A DNA stretch of 63,577 bases, counting the filler, from Rhabdomonas costata (lineage: Eukaryota): assembly GCA_019059605.1 (NCBI GenBank). It is 54 parts of 54 records of this genome, joined end to end, with 100 filler letters (N's around TTAATTAATTAA, not from the genome) between each part and the next. Parts side by side here need not be neighbours in the genome. Positions count along the whole stretch, not along the records: positions 36,572 to 37,650 come from JAHMHO010029741.1; positions 37,751 to 38,824 come from JAHMHO010029742.1; positions 38,925 to 40,003 come from JAHMHO010029743.1; positions 40,104 to 41,182 come from JAHMHO010029744.1; positions 41,283 to 42,361 come from JAHMHO010029745.1; positions 42,462 to 43,540 come from JAHMHO010029746.1; positions 43,641 to 44,719 come from JAHMHO010029747.1; positions 44,820 to 45,898 come from JAHMHO010029748.1; 46 more parts are not named here. One strand, 5' to 3'. The position numbers and the translations under genes are program-made. Shown here piece by piece: positions 36,717 through 49,779 of this stretch; positions within the stretch are counted from its first letter, which is position 1, and every line of letters begins with the position of its first letter. The notes under the pieces were generated by a model that saw only the letters and a list, made by a program, of their open reading frames with translations, made no database searches and was not told where the DNA came from.

Positions 36717-37640
36717 GAAAGCTCACCCAGCGGCAGGTTGAGATCTTCAAGAGAAACCCCCTGTACGTCGGCATCGAACTTCCCAAGCCCTTCGACATTG
36801 AGTCCATTGAGCACCGCTTCATCAACACCCCTCAAAGATACCTCCTGAAGACTCTGCTGAGCTGTCTGCACTACGACCCCGACTACCGCCTGACCTGCAC
36901 CGTATGTGCCGACCCTTTCCCTTCCCCTCTCCTTTGGTCAGACCCAGGATGGGACCGCACGGCCGGCTTTTTTTTTTTTGCAATTGCAAAAGATTCTGTT
37001 TGTGTGCGAACCAGAACCTTATTACCAGAACCTATGGATTCTTGGAGGCAAGGGATGCCGAATACGTAGTTCCGTGCGGTGGGATGTCGCAAAACTTGCA
37101 AAATCGTCGTGGAGAACCTGCAACTCAGCGTGGAGAACACCAGTCGCAAAGGGCTCTCTCTTGCAGTGGCACCAGCAAGTGTTTGTCTTTCCCAGCTTCA
37201 CAGCCGTTGTCCACCTCCTCGCAACCATTGCTGAGAGCGTGTTTAGTCGCAAGACAATCCCGCCCGTCTCCCGCCCAGTGAAAATCCCCCTTTCAGTTTT
37301 GCAAAAAATTTTCTTGCAAAGATTTTCCCTGACTTTTTTTTTGCATTTCTTTTTTTCATGCAATTTTTGGGGGCATTCTTTATGTTTTTTATTGGGGTAG
37401 TCGGCCCTGATCCGATTTTCACGGGCGCCAGCCAAGCCTTACAAAACCCCCACTCTAATAAATGGTGTCGATTTCGAAATCGAGATGTTATGAGACTTAC
37501 GAGACTTGTTATTCTTCTTCGGCTCTGGCGCTTTGCAGCAACTGCTCCAAAGTGACTTCTTCAAGAAGGAGAACTTTGTGCAATGGGTCGAAGAGGAGCT
37601 GCGACAGATTATGGAGAAGGACGCCAACCCTTTGGTGGTC
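36717..37640 (+). CDS. CDK-like (CDKL) CMGC kinase, C-lobe; exons 36717-36901 and 37539 to about 37640
   Basis: GKLTQRQVEIFKRNPLYVGIELP...CLHYDPDYRLTCT|QLLQSDFFKKENFVQWVEEEL contains the CDKL-typical F..NP...G..LP insert and subdomain XI. Confidence 0.85.
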
Positions 37641-37921
37641 AACCAAAAACNNNNNNNNNNNNNNNNNNNNNNNNNNNNNNNNNNNNNNNNNNNNTTAATT
37701 AATTAANNNNNNNNNNNNNNNNNNNNNNNNNNNNNNNNNNNNNNNNNNNNCGTTGTCCTCACGTTATCAGTTTAGTTCTCGCTGCATCCTGCTCGCTCCA
37801 TCCTGATTGGTGGGTATCTCCCCCGTTCTGCTTTCCAGCTCTGTGTATTTCTCATTTTTCTTACCCTTTATTGCAGGGGACGAGCGGATTTTGAGCGCTC
37901 CCTTCGCCTTTTTTCCTGCAG

Positions 37922-38648
37922 GTTCCCTTTGTGCTGGGCGAGGTCATTGTGTACGGCACGATGGTATACTGGCTGAGCGGGCTGGCCCCTGAGGCTGGGA
38001 GGTTTTTCTTCTTTCTTTGGATGTGCTTCATCTCCAAGACGGCGATGACGACTTACTTCTCCTTCCTGGCGATGTCCCTCCCTGGCGTAGCGATGGCACA
38101 GGTTTTTTTGCACATGGACTTGCGTTCTCTTTCCTTTTTTTTTTTTTGCAGACCAGTGCGATAGCGACCAACGTGGCCCTGTCCAGTCCATCTGGGCTCC
38201 CCTATCTCCTGTTCGAGAGCTTGGGCCAGTGCACTTGTCTCGACCACAGTCATTACGTTTTCTTTTGGTGCTATCATTTCCGTCTTTCGGCCAGCCTTTC
38301 GAATGCTGATATCCTTCCGAACAAGCGTTGCTGAGTGCGCGGTCAGCAGTGGTTCGAACCGATCCCATCGGATCAGGAAAAGTACATTTTGAGAAAGGGG
38401 GCCTCGGCCCTAACCTTCCCGCTTGCATTGCCCAGGGTCTGGCCTCCTTCTCTGTGCTTCTGCTGGTGCTGTTCTGTGGGTTCCTGATCCCCAAGTCGAA
38501 GATCCGGCCGTGGTTCATCTGGATCTACTGGATCAACCCCATCTCCTACGCCTACCAGTCGGTGTGCTTGAATGAGTTCAAAGCCTCGGCCTTCTCGTCG
38601 CCCATGTCGGCCACCAAGCTGGAGACCCACGGAGACTCCTACCTCTCG
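37922..38648 (+). CDS. ABCG/PDR transporter transmembrane domain; exons 37922-38101 and 38436-38648
   Basis: VPFVLGEVIVYGTMVYWLSGL...AGRFFFF...AQ|GLA...LFCGFLIPKSKIRPWFIWIYWINPISYAYQSVCLNEF is an ABC2_membrane signature. Confidence 0.93.
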
Positions 38649-38924
38649 GTTTTGCATTTTGATTCATTCCTTTTTGTGAAGTGGACTTCTCAGTGACGCC
38701 TGGCGTGAAAATTCTTTCTTGCTTACCAGCAAAGGACCTGCTTTCTGGAACGCCTGAAAGAATTTTCACGCCAGGCGTCACTGAGAAGTCCACTTCACAA
38801 AAAGGAATGAATCAAAAACCAAAANNNNNNNNNNNNNNNNNNNNNNNNNNNNNNNNNNNNNNNNNNNNTTAATTAATTAANNNNNNNNNNNNNNNNNNNN
38901 NNNNNNNNNNNNNNNNNNNNNNNN

Positions 38925-39620
38925 GTGGTGGTGGAGCTGTGCGCCCGGCAGAAGGCCCAACTTCGGATGCAAAGGGTGAGGGCAATCTTCCTCCGCCAAC
39001 TTCGGCTTAGCCGTGCCCCTCAGTTCTCCTCCGCCACAACCGCTGCGGCAGAATTCCAAAGGAGTCCCTCCAAGGAAAGGCTTGAGCCGGAGGAGACCGA
39101 GCCGGAGAGACATGACGTGGATGCCATGTTCAGGGAGGCGACGATGCTTCGGGTGGGCCGCCTGCGCGAGCTGGACGCCCCGGTGAGCTTCAGCCACCTC
39201 AGCCTGCAGGAGTTTTTCGCGGCGTATACCCTGCTGCACAGCCCCTTCTTGCTGACCAAGGAGCCCTGCAGTATGGGCCTGGACCTGCCGCAGCAGCCCG
39301 CGGTGTGTGCCTTCGTGCGGGACCTTCTGGTGCACCGCAGCCCGGAGGAGTACAAGAAGTTCATTGAGGCCCTGCAAAAGATTGTGCTTGAGACGAAGGG
39401 GAACCCTCATCTCCCCGACAGCAACAGCAGCAGCAGCAGAAGGGATGATGGTAGCGGCCACAGCGGTTTGGCGGTGCTGTGGGACTCTGGTACGCTCGAG
39501 GGCCGGCGGTGTCGCGCAGCGGCCAACGCGATGACCATCGTTGCCGCTGTGGACCATGTGGTGCGGGACTGGGACCTTTCGGGGTGCCGGTTCCCTGGGG
39601 CCAATCTGGACGGCCTGCAG
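38925..39620 (+). CDS. STAND (NACHT) NTPase fragment: winged-helix, helical domain and start of pentapeptide repeats
   Basis: SFSHLSLQEFFAA is the NACHT winged-helix F-x-H-x-S-x-QE-F-F-x-A motif. It is followed by AAANAMTI...DLSGCRFPGANLDG. Donor CAG|gtttct. Confidence 0.8.
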
Positions 39621-42600
39621 GTTTCTTGAGTTTTTGAGCTCTTTTTAGGGAGCTTAATTCCTAGTGGAGGTCTAGCGGCATGCCACACATGCGACCCGCC
39701 AGAAAAAATCTGTACAGTATACGACTCCCCACATATGTCCAGGCCCGCCCTCTTTCCAAGCGCCTAGCGCGTTCTTGAGCCTCGGAGCCCAGTGATTCCA
39801 AAATAACAACTAAGAATTCATAGGGATGACGTGCATTGCTACCCACCCGCTGCAAATTGTCCATTGGAATTCCAGGGGACGCTAGCATAGCAAATTGAAC
39901 CCTCTGCAAACCGAACGAACGAACAAACGAACGAAATCCGCTTTGGACGCCGGTCCCGCTTCCTGACGTCAGTGGGCGACTGGCGGGCGGTTCCCACCAC
40001 CACNNNNNNNNNNNNNNNNNNNNNNNNNNNNNNNNNNNNNNNNNNNNTTAATTAATTAANNNNNNNNNNNNNNNNNNNNNNNNNNNNNNNNNNNNNNNNN
40101 NNNGGTGTGCGAGTCTGATTCGGATGAACGCTGAGCCTCAGCGTCAGAGTGCTGGATATTGCAAGGAGAAGTTGAGCCAGGGGTGGAGCGCGACAGTGAG
40201 GCAGGCTGAGGTCTCAGCGCTGATGGCACCCGAGAGGCACATTGGTGGAGCGTGGTTCGAGGAAGCGGTCCCATCAGCCTCAGTTGACGTCATTGGTCAG
40301 GGTGGGGCGCCCCCAAACCGGGTCAGGTGAACGGAAGTGGTGTGGAGTTGCAGTCAAAGTGCCCTGCATTCCGGATGTGCCGCCAGCGATAAATATTACA
40401 GTACATCTCGTTCCTCAGGTGAGAAGCGAAGCGATAAAAACGCCTTGTTGACTGTGGTGTCAGGTGACAAGTGGTCTGCTGATGAGCTTGGAAAAGCTAG
40501 AGTGAGTAGCAGCAGTGTTTCAGAAAGCTTCAGGCCTTCAATGGTGGCAGTGCTGTGTAATTGTAGTGTTCATGGAGTGTGCTTCTGAGCTAGCAGTGGA
40601 GCAAGCCGGAGCGGACTCAAAGGTGATAAATGGTGACGAAGGGATTGTCAGAATTTGGGATGTTAAATTAATGGTTCCGTTCCCTTGTTCGTTATTCCAT
40701 TTCGATGAACTGCGAAAGAAGATGAAGGATTCATGGGAAATCTTCCATACCCTCAAAATTCATCAGGCAGGCGCACCTTGGTTAGGTCTTGCGTACGGGG
40801 AAGCAGCAACTGCGTTGCCGAGGAGTGACCTCTCTGCGAGAAAGGGGGAAAGGGAGAAAGAGAAACTTAAACCTTGCTGGCTGCATGAGGGTTTCATTGA
40901 TGCAATTTTTTCTCAATCGCTTGATTTCACAGGAGGGCAAGCAAAAGCTAATTGCGCAAGACCCAGTTAAAGAGTAAGGGCAGAGGGAGGAAGGGGTGTG
41001 GGGGGGGCCCTCATCTGCTCAGATTAAAGAAGGAAGACGGTATGGAAGAAGGAGCAACAAGCGCGGTGATTCCTTCTCCCCTCTTACAAACGCACCGCAT
41101 CCACAATCCACAGCAAACCAACGTACACATGCGCACAGGGGTATCCGGGAAGATGATACCCACCAAATGGCAACCACACACANNNNNNNNNNNNNNNNNN
41201 NNNNNNNNNNNNNNNNNNNNNNNNNNTTAATTAATTAANNNNNNNNNNNNNNNNNNNNNNNNNNNNNNNNNNNNNNNNNNNNGTGGGGGTGGGTGCAACG
41301 CGGAGGGGAGCAAACAGCAGAAAAGGCCCCCTTTCAGTCAGTGACCCTTACCTCGTCGGCAGTGCAGTATCTGACCTCAACAGCCACAGGCAGGAAAGCA
41401 GGCAGAGGGCCGAGCGGCCTCAAGGAAGCGGCAGGCCCCCGCAACGCCGCCCCTGCGGCGGGGCTCCGAAAGGACTTACGAAAAGGGTTCCACATGCCCA
41501 GCGCCCCGCTGGGGAATTCGTTGGTCTTGGGGTGCCGTGCAGAAGCGCACAAGGAGTCCAGAAAATCTGCCCACCACCATCAACCGAACCTTCCTTCCAG
41601 GTAGCTACAGCCTCTTCTTTGGTTCGCGTCCACACAATCGCGCCGATATATTCTAGCCCCCCAGCCTTCTTTCCTCGCTACACAAGCACTGCTCCTGAGC
41701 GAGCTCCTGAAAGGATTTTATTCGGGCCATAATGCACGAGTTGTCAAATGCCGCGTGGGTCCGATGAGAACATAACTGTCCACAAGATACTGACTGAAGG
41801 TTAGGGACGGGGCGTGCGTGCGAGCGAGCGTGCGTGGGTGGGTGAGAGTATGGGAGTGTGCGTGTGCGTGCGTGGAACTTGTCACTCTGCTTGCACTCTT
41901 TTTTGCGGCCTTTCGGTGTCACCCCGAGAATCAATCAAATTGCAATGGTGCAGAGTGCATGAACGCGAATATGCGTACCTACATACGCACGCGAATTCAA
42001 AATCACGTCTGTTCGGGATCACTCGGCGTTTCACAACGCTGAGACAAACGACCTGGACCCGGACCCGGAAACGAGAAGAGTACCACTTCACTACTTCACA
42101 CCGTTTTGGGTAACACCGAGGTTGCCGCAAATGAAGGCCCGACGGAGAGCCTGGGCCTTGGACCCCACTTCGCATCGAAGAAGACCATGCGAGAGCTGCA
42201 CGGGCGGGTGCGAATCGTTGCGTGTGTGTGAGTGGAGCCACCCAATTCCGCTCATCGAGGGCGAACCATGCAGATCTGTATGTTACATCTCGGCCGAAAG
42301 TTCCCCCCTTCTTAGCTAACGCGATCCTGGACCCGCACAGTTCATAGTTCCCAAAACCAACNNNNNNNNNNNNNNNNNNNNNNNNNNNNNNNNNNNNNNN
42401 NNNNNTTAATTAATTAANNNNNNNNNNNNNNNNNNNNNNNNNNNNNNNNNNNNNNNNNNNNCAGCCTGACGTGGCAAAGTGCAGGGGTTTAGTCCAGGAT
42501 TAACGATTGACTGTGATAGCGTCTAGGGTTTTCCTCCAAGACAGCAGATGCCAGTATGGTGTGACGAGAAGCACTCGGGCGTGATCTTGATAGATGTGAT

Positions 42601-42628
42601 GCAAAACACGAGATATGAGTGACCATAG

Positions 42629-42844
42629 GTGGTTAGCGTAAAGAATGAGCGCAATCTCCAGCATGCGCTGCTTCAGCATATTTCAACTTCGTTACGCAAT
42701 ACGGAGAACACAGAGCACTTTCGCAATGAGCAGAGGAAGCTTTACGATGCCTTCGCCAGCCAATATGCCATCATTGCCTTTGACAAACATGTTATCTGGC
42801 TGTTCCAGAGTGAAAATGAGTTCGAGACCTCGTTATTCCACGAG
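42629..42844 (+). CDS. Hypothetical protein exon
   Basis: ccatAG|GTG...GAG|gtaaag, 216 nt, phase 0-0, open frame. Confidence 0.5.
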
Positions 42845-43981
42845 GTAAAGCTAACGTTGCTGCGCAACACCTCGTAGTTGCAAATGTTGGTGGAGCATTG
42901 GAGCATAAATGGAGACCGGCCTAAGTTCGGCTGTTCAGGCATGCAATATGTTCACGATGGTTAACATTATCAAATAACTGTACTCTTGCATCCAGTGCAA
43001 GTGGGAAAATATCCTGAGCCTAATCTTGAAATAGGCAATTGCTAGTGCATTGGAGGCTTTTATACCTAACACAATTGCATATTGCCATACAACGAGTTCT
43101 CCGGTGGCCACTTTGACCAGATGTTTTGCGGGAGCCATTTTCTGCGCCATGCGCACGCTGATGTCAACAGTGCGCACAAAAGCGTGAGTACCAATGTGGC
43201 AACAAGTGATCTTACATAAACGTGAAGAGCTTCGGTAGTGGCAGTGGTCTTTACCCATCCAAATCTTCTGTAATTTTGCGGTACAATCAGTCTCTTCTAC
43301 AAGCTACTCTACAAGCTCCGTACAATACGCGATGGAGCGAAAGCGCTCTACAAAGGAGCGCCACAGCTACAGCACAAACAAAGAGACGAGCGGAGATCAC
43401 AAGAGGACTGGCGAGCGTCGTTTGTCACCTCACTTTTCTAGTAATGCACGCAGCAAAAGATACTGCTTCTACTGCAAAGAAAACTATGCGGCAGAATGCC
43501 AGTGAAAGCGCAAGAACAGAAAGTACGACCACAACCCCCCNNNNNNNNNNNNNNNNNNNNNNNNNNNNNNNNNNNNNNNNNNNNTTAATTAATTAANNNN
43601 NNNNNNNNNNNNNNNNNNNNNNNNNNNNNNNNNNNNNNNNAGCCTGTGGAATTTTACATCCAAATTTGGCATTCAACCATCTGCTGTCAGAACGAATTTC
43701 TCTTATCATCTGTCTTTTTGTTCGGGTTTTCGTTTGCGAAGGTGATGGACGTGGAAAATGTCGACCAGCTGTTCCGCAACGAGTCTAGCCCTTTGGTGAG
43801 GACCTTGCAGGTTCCCGCGCTGCTGCTGCTGCCATTCACGCCAGCATGAAATTTGAGCCGGGAAATGTCATATTTCGTGCCGCTGTGTCCTTTGCCAGGT
43901 GCCTCACTGGAAGGAGGTTCCTTCCTGTGTGCTTTATTCGTAATTGCGCAGGGCTATGCTATAGGCAAGCCGGCGGGAGAC

Positions 43982-44535
43982 CCGAAGGCTGTCCGAGCCA
44001 TCCATTGCGTCAGACAAGGGCTCCGGCCTGCGGTAAGTCGAGGGAAGCCCCAGGGATCGGCCAAAGTATCGGTCTGCGAGGTCAAACGTGCTCATAACCT
44101 TGTCCAGCACAGCAAGGTCATCAACAAAGCGAAGCAGGCTTGTGTGGACATAATCCTGCAAGAAAGAAAAAGCCGCACAGGTAATCCAATGTGTGACCTA
44201 ATCCTACGGCTTGCATTCGTCTCACGCAGTAAAAACCAGAGACCACCAATGACAGGACGAAGTAAAACACTCTCAATTTGCAAATATTGTTCTGACCGAG
44301 CCAAAAGCTTCGACACACCGACAAACCGTTTCCCACAGCCCGAAGGAGGGGACGGGGTTGGGGTCACACCAAAAGAAGGTCTTCACTGACCGGGACGGAG
44401 TCCGCCACCCCTTCGGGGCTGTGCTCCAGCTGACCAGCTGGCGTGCGCTTCGCAAACAGCAACCGCGCCGTGGCGTGACCAATGTGAAGATAGCTGTCTC
44501 GAGCCCTTTCCAAGGAAACGCGAGGAGCAGTACAA
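43982..44535 (-). CDS. RAD17: RAD17/Rad24 checkpoint clamp loader, collar region; exons 44535-44370 and 44155-43982
   Basis: RDSYLHIGHATARLLFAKR...LEHSPEGVADSVPVSEDLLL|DYVHTSLLRF...TFDLAD matches the Rad17 RD..L...HA...L..KR...PE...H...F...AD pattern. Confidence 0.7.
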
Positions 44536-45284
44536 CTACCACAGCCAAAAGTTAACAACTCGTCTTGCAGTGGCACTGGAGTGTTCCCCCAGGCTCAACA
44601 CAAGGGAAATACTCTCGAAGGGGTGAGTTTGCTTGTTTCTAACAGCAACTTTTCATCAACTAGAATCAAGAACCAAAAATCAAACTTGCCACTTCATGGT
44701 CAGCAGCTGTTTAAACCAANNNNNNNNNNNNNNNNNNNNNNNNNNNNNNNNNNNNNNNNNNNNTTAATTAATTAANNNNNNNNNNNNNNNNNNNNNNNNN
44801 NNNNNNNNNNNNNNNNNNNGGGGTTGTGGCCCTCCCGCCCTCCAGCTCGCTGTAAGGCTCCAAGGGAAATTTCCTAAGGTGAAGAGGGGACCAACCAGAG
44901 CGGGCGGGAGGGCGGGAGGGCCACAAACAGGACGGACGCCTTGAAAGCAGAAAGCAGAGATACATATGTGATTTTCGGGGGGGAGGGGCGCGAATCCTCG
45001 CCGCAAAACAAAGAAAAATGACGGATCAATTGGAGGAGTGTGGGTAAAGTTTGGAGAGATGAATTTCGGGCAGGAATTGCGGTGCTCCAGCGACCAGAAA
45101 GGTCGAGAAATCGCATTTTGGAAGGGAAGCGGCTCGGGGGGGGGCACTAATGCCAAACCCAAATAAGAGTGAAGAGAGGAGAGCACAAGCTGTGGGCGGT
45201 ATGAAGGGAAGAGGAGTCCACCGATCCCAGGGTACCAGCGGCAGCAACAGAAAAGGGTTAGAGACCCCATGGCAAAATGCAGCC

Positions 45285-45348
45285 TCTCACTCACTCACTC
45301 ACTCTCACTCTCACTCACTCACTCACACACACACACACTCTCTCTCTC
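45285..45348 (+). repeat. (CACT)n/(CA)n/(CT)n compound microsatellite
   Basis: Direct reading. Confidence 0.9.
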
Positions 45349-45446
45349 CAAATTACCGGTCCCATGTGAACCCAATTCCCACTCCGTTGCCTTCCCCAGC
45401 ACACCGCTGAGGGACCTTCAGCACTGCAAGTAGGCCCTTGACCTAC

Positions 45447-45594
45447 CGCGGGGTCACGCGGAACTTAATTGTGCGCTGCAGCAGGAAGATCGAGGACATC
45501 GGCGTCACGGAGGCCCAGTGGCTGAGGTTCGAGAGGAAGCTCACGCAGCGGGCATCCTCGGTGAAACCAAACCGGACGCGCTGAGGGTCACACC
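45447..45594 (-). CDS. Hypothetical protein exon
   Basis: aaaAG|GG TGT...CCG CG|gtaggt; CDPQRVRFGFTEDARCVSFLSNLSHWASVTPMSSIFLLQRTIKFRVTP, GC3-rich. Confidence 0.5.
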
Positions 45595-47725
45595 CTTTTC
45601 AAATCGGTGCGCAGATGTGGGCTTTGTGGTCACAGGTGTGGGCACTTTATGATCACAGATGACGCTCAAGCTGACGAGCAGAGGGATCTCTGGCATCACC
45701 AATGCCCTTACCCTGATTGCCAATTGCCACCAGGGTATGCCCGTGTGAGTGCGCCTGTAAAATTGCACAAATGCCGGTTCACCTCCAGCGTTCACTGAAG
45801 TAGTCTGCGCAGGTGAGGCAACGCTGCACCTAAACCTATCAACCCAGCCTGGTCTTCCCTACAGAGCCAAAACGACCTTCTAGTCCTCACAACCCAAANN
45901 NNNNNNNNNNNNNNNNNNNNNNNNNNNNNNNNNNNNNNNNNNTTAATTAATTAANNNNNNNNNNNNNNNNNNNNNNNNNNNNNNNNNNNNNNNNNNNNCC
46001 TGCCCTACTCCACATTCCTCTCTTCGCCACCTAGGCTGAGTGACAGGTCAGTGCTTCTCTTTGTCAACGGTAAACGCTGCGCGATGGTTTGAGCATACAT
46101 TTTTTTGCTTGCAAGTGCCGATTCTCTTGGAGTTCTTGTGGTCGGCATGTTTTGGGTCCTATGGGTGACTCTGCCCGGGTTGGCTCAGACTTCGGAGGGG
46201 AATTACGGAGCATTACTCCCTTTTGACCCTCAGTGTGGTGCACGTGATTGGCCGCTTCCGGTTTTCTGGGGTTGCGAGAAAGGTTTAGGCACTCCTAATC
46301 CTACATTCCCACGTTTTGCACCGTACCTTGGAGCAGGTATGAAAATGTGGTGCAGAACGAAGTGAAATTGCGAAGTGAAATTTTGATGATTTTATATTGA
46401 TTGTTGTAATCCAATTGTCTCGTTACCGTGTTCAACACGCCATGTTTATCCTCACTGGATGGAAGCTTTGCCAGGATTGTTGTTGCTGTTTTCTGCGTTT
46501 GTGCTTTGTAACTTTTGTACTTTTGGCCTGAATACTAATAGGGATTGCAATGGGTTGTGTCAAAATCTTGGGTTGGCTACACAATCAAACAATCATGCAC
46601 ATTCCTGCATACGTTTATCTCTCCTACTGAAATTCCTTCACCGCCATGACCTTCCCTTGGTCGCTCCAGGAGGCACCCAAAAAGAGTCAATTTGACTTAA
46701 AACGGCCGTAAAATGCTCTAAGTTAGCCAATGTTAGGCAAAATAGCCCCAAATAAGCATTGTTTGTTCGCAAAATAGCATGTCGTCAATTTCCTTCCCCT
46801 ATCCCCCAAAAAGTCAATGTTGCGATAGGTCTGCGGTGCGTGCACAGTTTTTGTCCCACAACATTGACCCACGAGGGAAGGGGGATAGAGATGCAGAATT
46901 ATGAAGAGGGCACAGACACGCAGAATTATTTCCCTTTTAGGATGCGTTAAAAAGTTGTCATGTAAATTAGGGTCAAATTTGTGGAGAGAGCTCTCGAGCA
47001 GAATCGTAAAATATTTCCAGTGTTCGGAAGACGCATCTGGTTTCAGAAGCGAGGAAAAGGTGACAGGAATCAACCACNNNNNNNNNNNNNNNNNNNNNNN
47101 NNNNNNNNNNNNNNNNNNNNNTTAATTAATTAANNNNNNNNNNNNNNNNNNNNNNNNNNNNNNNNNNNNNNNNNNNNAGAGTCCAACAAAACAGGTAGCA
47201 GTACAGGCCGAGGAGTGCCGCGACACTGCGCGGCAGGGTGGTAACAAAAGGCGCTACAGTGGCACCATAAAACGAAAAGGAAGCGTTATCCATGCTCACG
47301 AGAAGAACAGTACTTGACAGAATGAAAACTAAATCGACAAGCAACAGGAGACTAAATTACAGAGTACACATTCCACGCGCAGCAAGAAACGGCACGTCCA
47401 CAAAAAAAAACTCAGGCGCACATTGGATCTCCGAAAATGGGCCAAAAACTAGAATTGCGGTGGTTCGCGATAAAGCCCCAGGGACTTCCGTGATCCTTGT
47501 GAAGCCCATTAAATTGGGCGGGAGCGCGGATGGGGAGTAAAAAGGGAACTGCCCAGAGTTGAGAATGAGAATTACTCGTTTTGAGCCGCTGTGGTGGGTT
47601 AACGTGGTTGAGTTGCGGAAAGTCACTGGGGCCCACACATTTGCCAAAACCATCGCCCCAACACTGAATACACATTCACAGAGACAAAAAAACCCACAAC
47701 CCTACCCTTTTCCCCATCCCCATAG

Positions 47726-48024
47726 CTACGGGTCCTGAGGCTGTTGAGAGAAAAATGGGTGAGCAAGGGCCTCAGCGACAGTCGCCCTGCTGGATTCGTA
47801 CACAAGCATCCTCGTGGAGAGCAGGTCCAAGGCCAGTGGCTCTATCCCATACCCCGCCCGGGGCTCAGGCAGCCTGTACTGCAGCAGGTTGATGGCGCGC
47901 ACGGGCCACTCCAGGCTGCCGTTGGCAAAGAGGTCATCCGTGGAGCCGCACAGAACCTGGGCCAGCACTATCCCGAGCTGCCAGGTGGTGTACTTGGGGC
48001 CATAGCCCTGCTCCGCGAAGACCT
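47726..48024 (-). CDS. Terminal exon of an atypical protein kinase (subdomains VIII-XI)
   Basis: cccAG|AG GTC; EVFAEQGYGPKYTTWQLGIVLAQVLCG...ALDLLSTRMLV...RATVAEALAHPFF, ending at a TAG stop. Confidence 0.8.
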
Positions 48025-48641
48025 CTGGGAAAGAACGAAAGCAGAAGAAGAACGGGGAGTGGCAATAAAGAAATCTCACAGTCCCACGAACAGCAGAAGC
48101 TCATGGGACACCTGCACTGGAGGAGCGCACCTGCAATTCTGATTAGGGAGGAAATTTGGTGCGCTGGTTTAAACCCACAATTCTGGAGCGTTGCAAGTCA
48201 AGTCACTCCAGTCCTCCACTCACAAATGTCCTCCTATTCAACTGTCCCCCCAAACCNNNNNNNNNNNNNNNNNNNNNNNNNNNNNNNNNNNNNNNNNNNN
48301 TTAATTAATTAANNNNNNNNNNNNNNNNNNNNNNNNNNNNNNNNNNNNNNNNNNNNTGTGTTTGTGAGGGGGTGACATCGAAACTACCACGCAACCGATC
48401 CAGCACTGAACCCTATACCACAGGGAAGAGAGACCATCCCTCGTCACCTCCTCAGAAACGCTTAAAAAATATGAATTCTGTGATTGAGAATAGGCTCCCA
48501 GGGAGTAATACAAAAATATGGGGGGGGGGGAGACGAAGGTGGGAAACAGTCTCCGCTGGCGCACAAAAAGTAGCACGAAAATTTCTGACATGGCAACACA
48601 ACGGAAAAGAGAAAGAGGGTCAAATTCTTCTCTGCACTTAC

Positions 48642-49367
48642 CCGGTCCCGAGAAAAAGTCGGGTTGTGCAAAAGGCTGCCGAGGTTTGCCTCCTTCAACA
48701 CGCTGCGCATCAGAACGTTGAAGTCCTCCGTGGTCTTCTCCAGCGTGGCCTGGTTAAACTCAAACAGTTCCCTTGTCTTCACTTTGCTGCGGACGCAAGG
48801 GAACTTGCAGCTCGGATCGCATGCATGACAATTGCGCTGTGACTCGGCACCTCTTCATTTGGCACTGCCTTAAGTTCTGAGGTCAATTCTCCACACCCAC
48901 CACCCCGCCCCTTCTTTTTTTTTTGCGGTCCTCAACACACCCTTGACCTCCGTGCATCGGACCTTTGCGGCTCGTGTCAGGCGCGAGGCGCCTTTGTATC
49001 CCGCACGTTGTGCACTATGCATGCCGCCGCCACGGCGTCATAAAATTACATGGCAGCCGGGCATTCGTTAACAAGACAAGAGTGTTCGCTCAAAAAAAAA
49101 CGAACCAGAAGACATCAGCCAATTTCGTTCTGTTTCTGCAAGACGTATGAGGTCGAATAAAACATCGCACAGACATACGGGTCCAAGTAGAAGGCGTAGA
49201 CATAGGTGTACTGTAAACCCCCCCGGAGAAAATAACAACAAACATGATAACGCAACGTCAAGTAAAGATGAGGAAACGTTGGCAGGAACAAGCACCTGCA
49301 GCATCTCCCGGTTCTCGACAATCTGTTTCATGGCCTTGACGATGTACTCCGCGTTTATCTCGAAAGC
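48642..49367 (-). CDS. Ariadne-family RBR E3 ubiquitin ligase, Ariadne domain; exons 49367-49296, 49210-49179, 48786-48642
   Basis: Spliced: KAMKQIVENREMLQ|YTYVYAFYLDP|KVKTRELFEFNQATLEKTTE. This is the R..LQYTY..AFY...LFE.NQ..LE..TE Ariadne signature, and all phases are consistent. Confidence 0.88.
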
Positions 49368-49779
49368 CTGAATCATGAAAGGTACACTCGCGATTGCGCT
49401 TAGACTTATTTGGCATTTTTTCACACCCCACAACCNNNNNNNNNNNNNNNNNNNNNNNNNNNNNNNNNNNNNNNNNNNNTTAATTAATTAANNNNNNNNN
49501 NNNNNNNNNNNNNNNNNNNNNNNNNNNNNNNNNNNGGGTGGTGTTTGTGTGATTGGGTGGGTGGGTGGTGTGGTTCGGTGGTTGGGTGAGTTGGGGTGCC
49601 AAAAAATGGCTGGCAATCGGCCGGGAGTGTTGCAGCGATGTCACAAGGTAACCATGCTCAAGTATCACCAGTCCAGGCCCGAGCTTTGCGAGCGTCAGTT
49701 AACCACAGCAGCAGTCTTTGAAACATCCCAGCAATACGCAGCTTGATTTATCACCATATGAACATCCACACACGCGCAC

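Noticed and set aside
40515..40970. ORF containing GDEGIVRIWDVK, like the end of a WD40 repeat
   Set aside because: Isolated motif with no supporting splice sites or further repeat residues.
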